DNA of 64,000 bases, from positions 215,272 to 279,271 of the forward strand of contig CAVOFQ010000002.1 of the NCBI GenBank assembly GCA_963695025.1, read 5' to 3'. This document shows positions 17,886-26,643 of the stretch, piece by piece. The DNA comes from an uncultured Actinomycetes bacterium (lineage in GTDB: Bacteria > Actinomycetota > Thermoleophilia > Gaiellales > JAICJC01). The position numbers and the translations under genes are program-made. Numbering within the stretch: the stretch's first letter is position 1; each line of letters starts with the position of its first letter. The notes under the pieces are model-generated. The model was not told the DNA's origin, made no database searches, and saw nothing but the letters and a program-made list of their open reading frames with translations.

Positions 17886-18863
17886 ATGCACTTCATGCGA
17901 AACCGCCTCACCCTCCTTGCAGTTCTGGCGGCGACCGCCTGCGGCGGCGGCTCGCACACCGCCTCGCAGGGCGGCTCGCAGCGCGTGCCGGTCAGCCTCA
18001 TGCTCGATTGGTATCCGAACGCCGACCATGTGGGCGTCTACGTCGGCATCGACAAGGGCTTCTTCGCCCGCGCCGGCCTGGCGGTGGACGCGCGGGCGCC
18101 GTCGGATCCGTCCGACCCGATCAGGCTCGTGGCCGCCGGGGCGACCGACCTCGGCATCGACTACGAGCCCGAGGTGTTCCTGGCTCAGCAGCAGCGGGTC
18201 CCCGTCGTCGCGGTGGCATCGGTCGCCCCCGAGGCGCTCGCCTCGATCATTGCGCCGGCGTCGAGCGGCATCCACACGCCGGCCGACCTGGCCGGCAAGA
18301 CGATCGGGGTGGACGGCACGGGCAGCACGACGGCCTTTGTCGAGACCGTGCTGCGCAGCGCCGGCGTGAGTCCGGCCCAGGTCACGCTGCGCAACATCGG
18401 CTTCAACCAGGTGCCCGACCTGCTCCAGCACCACGTGGACGCGGTCGCCGGCGTCTTCCGGAACATCGAGGGGATCCAGTTTGCCCAGCGCGGCCTGCAC
18501 CCGGTGGTGTTCCCCTACGACCGCTACGGGGTGCCCGCCTACGACGAGCTCGTGCTGGTGGCAAACGCGAACCGGCTCCATACCGACTCGGCCTACCGGC
18601 GGCGGGTGGCACGCTTCGTCGCGGCACTTCGAGCGGCGACGCGCTGGGCGCAGGCCCACCCGGCCGCCGCAACGGCGGTCATGGAGCACCACGCCTATCG
18701 CGACTACATGGGCACGATCAAGGCCAGCGTTCCGGCCACGCTCAGACTGCTCGGCGTCGGCCCGCTGAGCGCGACCGCCTGGGCCCGCTTCGGCGGCTGG
18801 ATGTATCACTCGGGCCTCCTCAAATCGCCGCCCGACGCCGCGGCCCTGATCGCCCAGCCCTGA
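17886..18863 (+). CDS. ABC substrate-binding lipoprotein, NMT1/THI5-like (ThiY-like)
   Basis: MHFMRNRLTLLAVLAATACGG contains a lipobox, followed by LMLDWYPNADHVGVYV, typical of NMT1/THI5-type binding proteins. An alternative start exists at 17895. Confidence 0.85.
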   Translation: MHFMRNRLTLLAVLAATACGGGSHTASQGGSQRVPVSLMLDWYPNADHVGVYVGIDKGFFARAGLAVDARAPSDPSDPIRLVAAGATDLGIDYEPEVFLAQQQRVPVVAVASVAPEALASIIAPASSGIHTPADLAGKTIGVDGTGSTTAFVETVLRSAGVSPAQVTLRNIGFNQVPDLLQHHVDAVAGVFRNIEGIQFAQRGLHPVVFPYDRYGVPAYDELVLVANANRLHTDSAYRRRVARFVAALRAATRWAQAHPAAATAVMEHHAYRDYMGTIKASVPATLRLLGVGPLSATAWARFGGWMYHSGLLKSPPDAAALIAQP

Positions 18864-18891
18864 ATAATCGGGGCCTGGCCCCATGTATTCA
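18861..18891. repeat. 31-bp palindromic element TGAATAATCGGGGCCTGGCCCCATGTATTCA (family B)
   Basis: Imperfect palindrome whose first three bases are the stop codon of the preceding gene. Its left 15-mer is identical to the reverse complement of 57390-57404. Confidence 0.65.
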
Positions 18892-18907
18892 TGCGTACAC
18901 TGCTCGC

Positions 18908-19447
18908 ATGGCCGAATCGCTCAAGGGCCAGCTCCTGATCGCCGCGCCCGTGCTGCTCGACCCCAACTTCCGCCGCAGCGTCGTTCTGGTCATCGAGCAC
19001 TCCGACGCGGGCGCGTTGGGGGTCGTGCTGAACCGGCCCACCGAGCTCGCGGTCGCCGACGCGGTGCCCGAGCTGGCCGAGCTCGACGACGGCTGTATCT
19101 TCGCCGGAGGTCCGGTGCAGCCGCAGGCCGTGATCGCACTTGCGGAGTATGCGGGCGGACCTCCGGAGGGCGCGGTGTGCGGCCCGATCGCCCCAGTGGG
19201 GATCGAGGCGGACATGGACTCGCTGGCCGAACGGGTCACGCGGATACGCGTGTACGCGGGGTACTCCGGCTGGGGTGAGGGCCAACTCGACGGCGAGCTC
19301 CGAGAGGAGGCGTGGTTCGTCGAGCCGGCGCTGCCCGAAGACGTATTCTGCGCCGACGCCGACCGGCTCTGGAACCACGTGCTCGAGCGCAAGGGCGGCC
19401 CCTACCGGCTGCTTTCGCGTATGCCCGAAGATCCGGGCATGAACTAA
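18908..19447 (+). CDS. YqgE/AlgH family protein (UPF0301)
   Basis: MAESLKGQLLIAAPVLLDPNFRRSVVLVIEHSDAGALGVVLNRP..AGYSGWGEGQLDGEL is the family signature. Confidence 0.85.
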   Translation: MAESLKGQLLIAAPVLLDPNFRRSVVLVIEHSDAGALGVVLNRPTELAVADAVPELAELDDGCIFAGGPVQPQAVIALAEYAGGPPEGAVCGPIAPVGIEADMDSLAERVTRIRVYAGYSGWGEGQLDGELREEAWFVEPALPEDVFCADADRLWNHVLERKGGPYRLLSRMPEDPGMN

Positions 19448-19459
19448 TATACGCCGCCG

Positions 19460-20233
19460 ATGGCAACAATCACCGCAGTGCCGCTCCATCTCAGCTCGCC
19501 TCCCATGGAGGGCGGCGACGTTGCCCAGGCGCAGCGGCTGCTGCTGCACAACGCCTTCGGCACGTTCGATCCGGGCCAGGTCGACGGCGTCTATGGCGAG
19601 CGCACGGCCGCCGCGGTGCGGCGGGCGAAGTACTGGCTCGGCTACCCCGAACGCCAGATCGACGAGATCGCCTCGCCAGATCTGATCGGCATGCTCGCCG
19701 CCGGTGTGCCGCAGCCGCCCTCGTACAAGGCCGCGCACACGCGCCGGCTGCGCCGGGCCCAGAACGCCGGACTCTGGAACTCGGCCTACGACGTCGCGAT
19801 CTCGAACGTCGGCGAGCGCGAGACCCCGGCCGGATCGCACCGCATCGAGTGCACCGACTGGTACGGAGTCCCCGCTCCGTGGGCGGCGATCTTCGTCTCG
19901 TGGTGCTTCGCCCGCGCCGGGTCGACCGCGTTTCGGGCAGGAGCCCGCTATGCCTACGTGCCTCACCTGCTGTGGGACGCGCAACGCAGCGACAACCAGC
20001 TCTCGATCACCCGCCGCCCGCTGCCGGGCGACCTGCCGGTGTTCGACCTGGACGGCGACGGCATCGCCGACCACGTGGCGATGTTCGACGACTGGACCGG
20101 CGACCCGGGCACCACGTTCTGCACGATCGAGGGCAACATCACCACCGCAGGCGAGCCGAACGGCGGCAGGATCGCACAGCTCGAGCGGCGCGCCGATCAG
20201 CGCGTGATGGCGTTCGTGCACGTCCGCGGCTGA
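19460..20233 (+). CDS. peptidoglycan-binding domain + CHAP-like domain protein
   Basis: The N-terminal PG_binding_1 pattern is GGDVAQAQRLL..VDGVYGERTAAAVRRAK. The C-terminal CHAP-like pattern is PWAAIFVSWCF..GDLPVFD..ADHVAMF..TIEGN. Confidence 0.7.
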   Translation: MATITAVPLHLSSPPMEGGDVAQAQRLLLHNAFGTFDPGQVDGVYGERTAAAVRRAKYWLGYPERQIDEIASPDLIGMLAAGVPQPPSYKAAHTRRLRRAQNAGLWNSAYDVAISNVGERETPAGSHRIECTDWYGVPAPWAAIFVSWCFARAGSTAFRAGARYAYVPHLLWDAQRSDNQLSITRRPLPGDLPVFDLDGDGIADHVAMFDDWTGDPGTTFCTIEGNITTAGEPNGGRIAQLERRADQRVMAFVHVRG

Positions 20234-20242
20234 GCGGTCGCC

Positions 20243-20794
20243 GTGGGCAGGCTGATCTATTCGGCCATCGCGTCGCTTGACGGCTACGTCGCGGACGACG
20301 ACGGAAACTTCCAGTGGGCCGCTCCCGGCGAGGAGGTGCACGCGTTCGTGAACGACCTCGAGCGGCCGGTCGGCACCCACCTCTATGGGCGGCGGATGTA
20401 CGAAGTCATGGCGTGGTGGGAGACGAACGACGACGCCGAGCCGGTCATGCGGGACTTCGCGGCGATCTGGCGGGCGGCCGCCAAGATCGTCTATTCGACG
20501 ACGCTCCAGACCGTGTCCAGCGCCAGGACGCGGATCGAGCGCGACTTCGATCCCGAGGCCGTCCGGCGGCTGAAGGCCTCGGCGGAGCGCGACCTCACGG
20601 TCGGCGGCCCCCACCTCGCCGCCGCGGCGTTCGCGGCCGGACTGGTTGACGAGTGCCACCTGTTCCTGGTGCCCGTCGTGGTCGGCGGCGGCATCCGGGC
20701 GCTCCCCGACGGAGTCCGCGTCGAGCTCGAACTGCTCGCCGAGCGCCGATTCGACAGCGGCGTCGTGCACCTCCACCACCGCATCAAGAGCTAG
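20243..20794 (+). CDS. dihydrofolate reductase family protein (RibD C-terminal domain-like)
   Basis: MGRLIYSAIASLDGYVADDDGNFQW..LYGRRMYEVM..LTVGGPHLAAAAFAAGLVDECHLFLVPVVVGGG. Confidence 0.85.
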   Translation: MGRLIYSAIASLDGYVADDDGNFQWAAPGEEVHAFVNDLERPVGTHLYGRRMYEVMAWWETNDDAEPVMRDFAAIWRAAAKIVYSTTLQTVSSARTRIERDFDPEAVRRLKASAERDLTVGGPHLAAAAFAAGLVDECHLFLVPVVVGGGIRALPDGVRVELELLAERRFDSGVVHLHHRIKS

Positions 20795-21471
20795 GCGATG
20801 TGGCGGAAGAACCGCACGGCCGTGTCCCCCAGGTGGCGGGTCGAGCGCAGGTTGTAGCCGGCGGCCAGGCCGATCCCCAGCAGCGGGATCTCACGGCCGA
20901 GCACGACGTGCGCGCGCCGCCGGGCCAGCCGGCCGGTCACCTGGATCGCAAGCCGGCTCGAGATCCTGGCCGCGAGGCCGCCGGCCGCCGCACCGCGGAG
21001 CTGCTCGGGCCGGTACGAGACGCCCAGTGCCTCCACCGCGCCGCCGCGGCGCAGCTTGACCGCCCCAACGTCGATCCCGAGCACCATCAGCACGTCCAGC
21101 CGGCGGGCGTCGTGGTCGGTCAGCGAGCGACCGAAGAGATGAGCGGCCAGCAGGATCAGCTCGACCTGCGCTGCCGTCAGGAGCGAGACGTCGCCCAGCG
21201 CGGCGCCGATCTCGGCCACGGTGCCCGGGCCGGCCATCACCGCGGGCAGGGCGCTCACCGCGCCGGTACCGGCCAGCTGCCACGACCGGTGGTTGACCGC
21301 CGTGTGCACGAGCTGCGCGGGATCGGCGCCCGGGTGGGCGGCGGCGATGCGATCTCCGGTCGCCGCGATCGCCGGCCCCCGGCGCTCCACGACCGTGCGG
21401 ATTGCGCGGTCGGTGCCCGCCGCGACACGGTCGGTCAGCTGCGGGAGCCCGAGCTTGGACGAGAGACCCAT
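20791..21471 (-). CDS. hypothetical protein (possibly EcsC-like)
   Basis: Internal ATG at 21471 (MGLSSKLGL.). A longer start would overlap ackA. GC3 is high and there is no clear motif. The family guess is weak. Confidence 0.5.
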   Translation of the reverse strand: MGLSSKLGLPQLTDRVAAGTDRAIRTVVERRGPAIAATGDRIAAAHPGADPAQLVHTAVNHRSWQLAGTGAVSALPAVMAGPGTVAEIGAALGDVSLLTAAQVELILLAAHLFGRSLTDHDARRLDVLMVLGIDVGAVKLRRGGAVEALGVSYRPEQLRGAAAGGLAARISSRLAIQVTGRLARRRAHVVLGREIPLLGIGLAAGYNLRSTRHLGDTAVRFFRHIA

Positions 21472-21514
21472 CCCGCAAGTGTATGGACCAGGCGAAACCG
21501 GGAGCCCGTCGAGC

Positions 21515-22576
21515 TCAGCGAGCGCCGAGAACCGCCCGGGCCGCGCGTGCGGCCACGAGCTCCTCGCGGGCGCGAATGACGGCAACGCGAACGGCCGAGT
21601 CTGCCGCGGCGACGTCGCAGTCGGGCTCGGCGGCGGTATTGCGCGGCGCGTCGATCGTGATTCCGAGGAAGGCAAGGCGCCCGCAGACGCGCTCGCGCAC
21701 GCGCTCCGAGCGCTCGCCGATGCCGGCCGTGAACACGAGCAGGTCGATGCCGCCCGCGGCGGCGGCCATGGCAGCGACGGCGCCTGCGAGCCGGTGGACG
21801 AACACGTCCACGGCGAGCCCCGCGGCGGCGTCGCCGGCGGCGGCCCGCCGCTCGAGCTCGAGCATGAGCCCCTCTCCGCCCGCCAGGCCGCGCATGCCCG
21901 ATTCCTCGTTCAGCACACGGTCGAGGGTGTCAGCGTCCATGCCGGAACGGCGCAGCACGGAGACCAGCGCGCCGGGATCGACCGACCCCGAGCGGGTCGC
22001 CATCGGAACGCCCTCGAGCGGCGTGAACCCCATCGTGGTGTCGACCGAGCTCCCGTCGACGACGGCGGTCACGGAGCTCCCGCCGCCCAGGTGGCACACC
22101 ACCTGGCGCAGAGGCGCGCCGGCACAACCGACCACCTCGGGCGCGCGCTGTGCCGACCACGCGACCGAGAGACCGTGGAACCCGTACCTCCGCACCCCCC
22201 ACTCCTCACGCCAGCGGCGCGGCACCGCGTAGGTCGCGGCCGCGGCCGGGATGGTGGCGTGAAACGCGGTGTCGAAGACGGCCACGTGGGGGAGCGTGGG
22301 GAACCGCCGCCGGGCCTCGTCGAGGTCGCGCAGCGCAGGGGTGTTGTGCAGCGGGGCGAGCGACCGCAGGCCGTCGAGCTCAGCCCGCACGGCGTCGTCC
22401 ACGACCACCGGGTCGCAGAACCGCTCGCCGCCGTGGACGATGCGGTGGGCGACCGCATCGACGGCGGCCGGGTCGACCTGGTCCAGCGAGCGGAGCCGCT
22501 CCGATGTGGTCTCCGCGGAGACCAGGTGCAGTTTCAGGCTGGTCGAGCCGGCGTTGAGGACGAGGATCGCGCCCAC
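21515..22576 (-). CDS. ackA: acetate kinase
   Basis: GTG at 22576 gives VGAILVLNAGSTSLK.., with HRIVHGG, AVFDTAFH, RYGFHGLS, CHLGGGSS and LVFTAGIGE. It starts 4 nt after the xfp stop. Confidence 0.9.
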   Translation of the reverse strand: MGAILVLNAGSTSLKLHLVSAETTSERLRSLDQVDPAAVDAVAHRIVHGGERFCDPVVVDDAVRAELDGLRSLAPLHNTPALRDLDEARRRFPTLPHVAVFDTAFHATIPAAAATYAVPRRWREEWGVRRYGFHGLSVAWSAQRAPEVVGCAGAPLRQVVCHLGGGSSVTAVVDGSSVDTTMGFTPLEGVPMATRSGSVDPGALVSVLRRSGMDADTLDRVLNEESGMRGLAGGEGLMLELERRAAAGDAAAGLAVDVFVHRLAGAVAAMAAAAGGIDLLVFTAGIGERSERVRERVCGRLAFLGITIDAPRNTAAEPDCDVAAADSAVRVAVIRAREELVAARAARAVLGAR

Positions 22577-22580
22577 GCCG

Positions 22581-24986
22581 TCAGTACGGCCACTTCCAGT
22601 CGCTGATCTCGGCCGGATCGTCGCCGTGCTCCCGCGTCCACGCCCGGCAGCGGATGCGCGTGTCGACCATCTCCTGGCGCAGATCCGCGGCCCTCGTGCC
22701 GAGACCCGGGACACGGTCGATCACGTCCATGACCAGGTGGAATCGGTCGAGGTCGTTCAGCATCACCATGTCGAAGGGCGTGGTGGTGGTGCCCTCCTCC
22801 TTGTAGCCGCGCACGTGCAGGTTGCGGTGGTTCGTGCGCCGGTACGTCAGGCGGTGGATGAGAAGCGGATAGCCGTGGTAGGCGAACACCACCGGCCGGT
22901 CGGTGGTGAAGAGGGTGTCGAACTCCCTGTCGGAGAGCCCATGCGGATGCTCCGACTCGGGCTCGAGGCGCATGAGGTCGACCACGTTCACGACCCGCAC
23001 GCGCAGATCGGGCAGGCGCTCGCGCAGCACCGCCACAGCGGCCAGCGTCTCGAGTGTGGGGACATCGCCGCAGCAGGCGAGCACCACGTCGGGCTCGTTG
23101 TCGGCGTCGTTCGACGCCCACCGCCAGATGCCGACCCCGCGAGTGCAGTGGACGATCGCCTCGTCCATCGACAGGTAGTTCAGCTCGGGCTGCTTGCCGG
23201 CGACGATCACGTTCACGTAGTTGCGGCTGCGCAGGCAGTGGTCGGCCACCGACAGCAGCGTGTTGGCGTCGGGCGGCAGGTAGACGCGGATGATCTCGGC
23301 CTTCTTGTTGACCACATGGTCGATGAAGCCGGGATCCTGGTGGGAGAACCCGTTGTGGTCCTGGCGCCAGACGTGGGAGCTGAGCAGGTAGTTGAGCGAG
23401 GCGATGGGCCGCCGCCACGGGATCTCGCGGCTCACCTTGAGCCACTTCGCATGCTGGTTGAACATCGAGTCGACGATGTGGATGAAGGCCTCGTAGCAGT
23501 TGAAGAGGCCGTGCCGGCCGGTCAGCAGGTAGCCCTCGAGCCAGCCCTGGCACTGGTGCTCCGACAGCACCTCCATCACCCGGCCGGCGGGGCTGAGATG
23601 GTCGTCGCCATCGCGCACCTCGGCATCCCAGGCCCGGGTGGTGACGTCGAAGACGTCCGCGAGCCGGTTGGACGCCGTCTCGTCGGGCCCGAACAGGCGA
23701 AACGTCTCGGGGTTGCGCTCGATCACATCGCGCAGGAAGCCGCCCAGCACGCGGGTGGCCTCGCCCGTGGTCACTCCGGGCGCGGGAACGTCGACGGCGT
23801 AGCTGCGGAAGTCGGGCAGGTCGAGGTCGCGCAGGAGAAGACCGCCGTTGGTGTGCGGGCTCGCGCTCATCCGGCGATCCCCACGCGGTGCCAAGCCGTC
23901 GAGGTCGGCGGCGAGGGCGCCGTTCTCGTCGAACAACTCCTCGGGCCGGTAGCCCCGCATCCACTGCTCGAGCGCGCGCAGATGCTCGGGGTTCTCGCGC
24001 ACACCGGCGAGCGGCACCTGGTGCGCGCGCCACGTCCCCTCGACCGGCAGGCCGTCCACCCGGGCGGGACCGGTCCAGCCCTTGGGGCTGCGGAGCACGA
24101 TCATCGGCCAGGCCGGCCGGCCCTCGGCGCCGCCGCCGCGCGCGGCCTGCTGGTAGCCGGCGATGCCGTCGAGCGCCCGGTCGAGCACGGCGGCGAAGCG
24201 GCGGTGGGCCGCCTCGTGATCGTCTCCGATCTCGATCTCGACCCACAGCGGATCCCAGCCGCTGCCGCGCAGAAGCGCGCTCACCTCGTCGGGCGGGATG
24301 CGCGCGAGCACCGTCGGATTGGCGATCTTGTAGCCGTTCAGGTGCAGGATCGGCAGCACGGCGCCGTCGGTGCGCGCGTTCAGGAACTTGTTGCCGTGCC
24401 AGCCGGTCGCCAGCGGCCCGGTCTCGGCCTCGCCGTCGCCAACGACGCACGCGACCAGCAGGTCGGGGTTGTCGAACGCGGCGCCGAAGGCGTGTGAGAG
24501 GGCGTATCCGAGCTCGCCGCCCTCGTGGATCGACCCCGGCGTCTCGGGGGCGGCATGGCTCGGGATCCCGCCGGGAAACGAGAACTGCCGGAACAGGGCG
24601 TTCACGCCCGCCGCGTCGCGCGAGACGTGCGGATAGACCTCGCTGTAGGTGCCTTCGAGGTAGGCGTTTGCGACCAGCGCCGGCCCACCGTGGCCCGGCC
24701 CGGTGACGTAGATGACGTTCAGGTCGCGCTGGATGATCGCCCGGTTCAGGTGGGCATAGATCAGATTGAGCCCGGGCGCGGTGCCGAAGTGCCCGAGCAG
24801 GCGGGGCTTCACGTGCTCGCGCAGGAGCGGCTCGCGCAGGAGCGCGTTTTCGAGCAGATAGATCTGCCCGACCGACAGGTAGTTCGCGGCCCGCCAGTAG
24901 GCGTCCAGCAACCGCACGTCCTGCGCTGACAGCTCTCGCTCCAACGGCCCGACTCTAACCAGATTCACAGCCAACGGCCAATCCAC
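22581..24986 (-). CDS. xfp: xylulose-5-phosphate/fructose-6-phosphate phosphoketolase
   Basis: 801 aa with [45 protein letters not shown] and GVQSSH-like downstream blocks. Confidence 0.95.
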   Translation of the reverse strand: MDWPLAVNLVRVGPLERELSAQDVRLLDAYWRAANYLSVGQIYLLENALLREPLLREHVKPRLLGHFGTAPGLNLIYAHLNRAIIQRDLNVIYVTGPGHGGPALVANAYLEGTYSEVYPHVSRDAAGVNALFRQFSFPGGIPSHAAPETPGSIHEGGELGYALSHAFGAAFDNPDLLVACVVGDGEAETGPLATGWHGNKFLNARTDGAVLPILHLNGYKIANPTVLARIPPDEVSALLRGSGWDPLWVEIEIGDDHEAAHRRFAAVLDRALDGIAGYQQAARGGGAEGRPAWPMIVLRSPKGWTGPARVDGLPVEGTWRAHQVPLAGVRENPEHLRALEQWMRGYRPEELFDENGALAADLDGLAPRGDRRMSASPHTNGGLLLRDLDLPDFRSYAVDVPAPGVTTGEATRVLGGFLRDVIERNPETFRLFGPDETASNRLADVFDVTTRAWDAEVRDGDDHLSPAGRVMEVLSEHQCQGWLEGYLLTGRHGLFNCYEAFIHIVDSMFNQHAKWLKVSREIPWRRPIASLNYLLSSHVWRQDHNGFSHQDPGFIDHVVNKKAEIIRVYLPPDANTLLSVADHCLRSRNYVNVIVAGKQPELNYLSMDEAIVHCTRGVGIWRWASNDADNEPDVVLACCGDVPTLETLAAVAVLRERLPDLRVRVVNVVDLMRLEPESEHPHGLSDREFDTLFTTDRPVVFAYHGYPLLIHRLTYRRTNHRNLHVRGYKEEGTTTTPFDMVMLNDLDRFHLVMDVIDRVPGLGTRAADLRQEMVDTRIRCRAWTREHGDDPAEISDWKWPY

Positions 24987-25014
24987 GTTAAGCCTCCTCG
25001 TCTACGGTGGCTCG

Positions 25015-25983
25015 ATGCGGCGCTACGAGTCCCAGCGCATCACCCCTGGGCTGGCGCTCCTGCCGGTGCGTCTGTTCCTGGGCGTGACGTTCGTCTACGC
25101 CGGGTATCAGAAGCTGTCCGATCCCGGGTTCCTCCACCCGGGTTCGGCGACCTACATCGGCACGCAGCTGCACGCGTTTGCCAACGGAACGCCGGGTGGG
25201 TTCCTGCTGCGCTGGTTCGCGATTCCGGAGCCGCGGGTCGCGGGTGTCGGCGTCGCTCTCGCCGAGATCGTCATCGGTCTGCTGACCCTGGCGGGCGTGC
25301 TCACGCGGGCGGCGGCCGCGGCCGGCCTGGCCCTGAACCTGGTGCTGTTTCTGACCGCGAGCTGGACCACGACCCCCTACTTCCTGGGCCCCGACATCGT
25401 CTACTGCTTCGCCTGGCTGCCGCTTGTGCTCGTCGGATCCGCCGACCAGCCGGCGGTCGTCGCAGCCGACCTGGATCCCCAGACCCGGCGGGAGATCCTC
25501 TCGCGTGCGCTCGCCGTCACCGGCGTGGCCACGGTCGCGATCGCCGCGGTCGCCACGCTGCGAAAGGGGCCGGTCGGTGCCAACCGGACGGCGGCCTCAC
25601 TGGGAAGCTCGGGACCGCACCACACCTCGGCCACCACGACCACGCCCAAATCGACGCCGACGACCGGTCCGCGGTTGCCGGCCGGTGCCGTCAGGCTGGG
25701 ATCGTCCTCGCAGCTTCCGGCCGACTCGGCGGCGATCTACAAGGACCCGTCCGACGGCAATCCCGACATCGTCATCCGCCACCAGAGCGGCTCGCTGTCG
25801 GCGTTCAGCGCGATCTGCACGCATACCGGCTGCACGGTCGGGTTCCAGTCGGGAGTCATCGCCTGCCCCTGCCACGGGTCCGAGTTCGATCCCAACACCG
25901 GGGCCGTGCTGCGCGGGCCGGCCGCAACGCCGCTCCCCGCCAAGCACGTGCTCGAGAAGCGCGGGTCGATCTACGCGGTCTGA
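25015..25983 (+). CDS. DoxX-like membrane domain fused to a Rieske [2Fe-2S] domain
   Basis: The N-terminus has 4 TM helices (LPVRLFLGVTFVYAGYQKL). The C-terminus has CTHTGCTV..CPCHGSEFD, the Rieske ligand boxes. Confidence 0.8.
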   Translation: MRRYESQRITPGLALLPVRLFLGVTFVYAGYQKLSDPGFLHPGSATYIGTQLHAFANGTPGGFLLRWFAIPEPRVAGVGVALAEIVIGLLTLAGVLTRAAAAAGLALNLVLFLTASWTTTPYFLGPDIVYCFAWLPLVLVGSADQPAVVAADLDPQTRREILSRALAVTGVATVAIAAVATLRKGPVGANRTAASLGSSGPHHTSATTTTPKSTPTTGPRLPAGAVRLGSSSQLPADSAAIYKDPSDGNPDIVIRHQSGSLSAFSAICTHTGCTVGFQSGVIACPCHGSEFDPNTGAVLRGPAATPLPAKHVLEKRGSIYAV

Positions 25984-26054
25984 ACCGGGGACAGTCCCCG
26001 GTCCAATTGCGTCACGAATATGTCACGGCGAATGGTGGGGGACTGTCCCCGGTT
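25983..26054. repeat. 72-bp element bounded by 17-bp perfect inverted repeats AACCGGGGACAGTCCCC (family A pair; MITE/BIME-like)
   Basis: The left arm is 25983-25999 and the right arm (reverse complement) is 26038-26054. The spacer carries GTCACGAATATGTCAC. The element touches the stop of the + gene and contains the stop of the - gene. Confidence 0.6.
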
Positions 26055-26643
26055 TATCAGGGTGGATCTTCTCGCCCGCGCTCAGCATGGCGACGTACTT
26101 CGCGATCCGGCGGGCGCGCGTCTCGGGGCGGCGGGCCTCCTGGATCCGGTACAGGATCGCGTAGCGGTTGTTGCTGTCGAGCGTCGCGAAGAACTCCCGC
26201 GCGGCGTCGTTGCGCTCGAGCTCGGCCAGGAGATCGGGCGGCACGGCCGCCGTCGCGTGGGAGTCATACGCCGCGTCCCAGCGGCCGTCGGCGCGGGCAC
26301 GCTCGATCTCGCGCATGCCCGCCGGCGTCATCTCGCCGCGCTTGATCAGCTCCTCGGCAAGGCCGCGGTTTCGCTTCGACCAGCGGCTGCGCGACCGCCG
26401 CGGGGTGAACCGCTGCAGCCAGGTGCGCTCGTCGAGCCTGTCCTTGCGCCCGTCGATCCAGCCGTAACAGAGGGCGATGTCGAGCGCGTCCGCGTAGGAG
26501 ACCGACTCGGCTCCCGAGTCCTTCCGGGCGATGGCAAGCCACACCCCTGAGGACGAGCCGTGCTCCCGCTCGAGCCACTCGGCCCACTCAGCGCGCGATG
26601 CGAACGAGTGCACCGGCAGGTCGCGACCCTCGCTCTGGGTCAC
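26023..26643 (-). CDS. YdeI/OmpD-associated family protein
   Basis: 206 aa with WAEWLEREHGSSSGVWLAIARK..ALCYGWIDGRKDRLDE..LQRFTPRR. The last ~10 codons (KPGTVPHHSP) and the stop are encoded by the repeat element. Confidence 0.8.
   Translation of the reverse strand: MTQSEGRDLPVHSFASRAEWAEWLEREHGSSSGVWLAIARKDSGAESVSYADALDIALCYGWIDGRKDRLDERTWLQRFTPRRSRSRWSKRNRGLAEELIKRGEMTPAGMREIERARADGRWDAAYDSHATAAVPPDLLAELERNDAAREFFATLDSNNRYAILYRIQEARRPETRARRIAKYVAMLSAGEKIHPDKPGTVPHHSP

Noticed and set aside
18861-18891. Reading the family B palindrome as an ARG box (TGAATAAT/ATTATTCA halves) or as a dif/Xer site.
   Set aside because: The AT arms are separated by a 15-bp GC core, unlike contiguous 18-bp ARG boxes. 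There is no 11-6-11 dif architecture. Two copies at unrelated genes (thiY-like, GNAT/truA) do not suggest an arginine regulon.
18806-20779. 657-aa minus-strand ORF spanning three + strand genes.
   Set aside because: It lies opposite the YqgE, CHAP-like and DHFR-family genes, each of which has clear family signatures. The antisense product has no motif and an extreme Arg/Gly/Asp composition.
22269-24497. 742-aa + strand ORF and 638-aa minus-strand alternative-frame ORF (22534-24450) overlapping xfp.
   Set aside because: Phosphoketolase in frame 22581-24986 (-) is unambiguous. The other frames are high-GC artefacts.
24987-25014. A very short (28-nt) divergent spacer between xfp and the DoxX-Rieske gene as a possible shared leaderless promoter.
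   Set aside because: The xfp start is uncertain: several in-frame GTG/TTG codons lie downstream of 24986, so the spacer length is not established. No promoter motif is visible.
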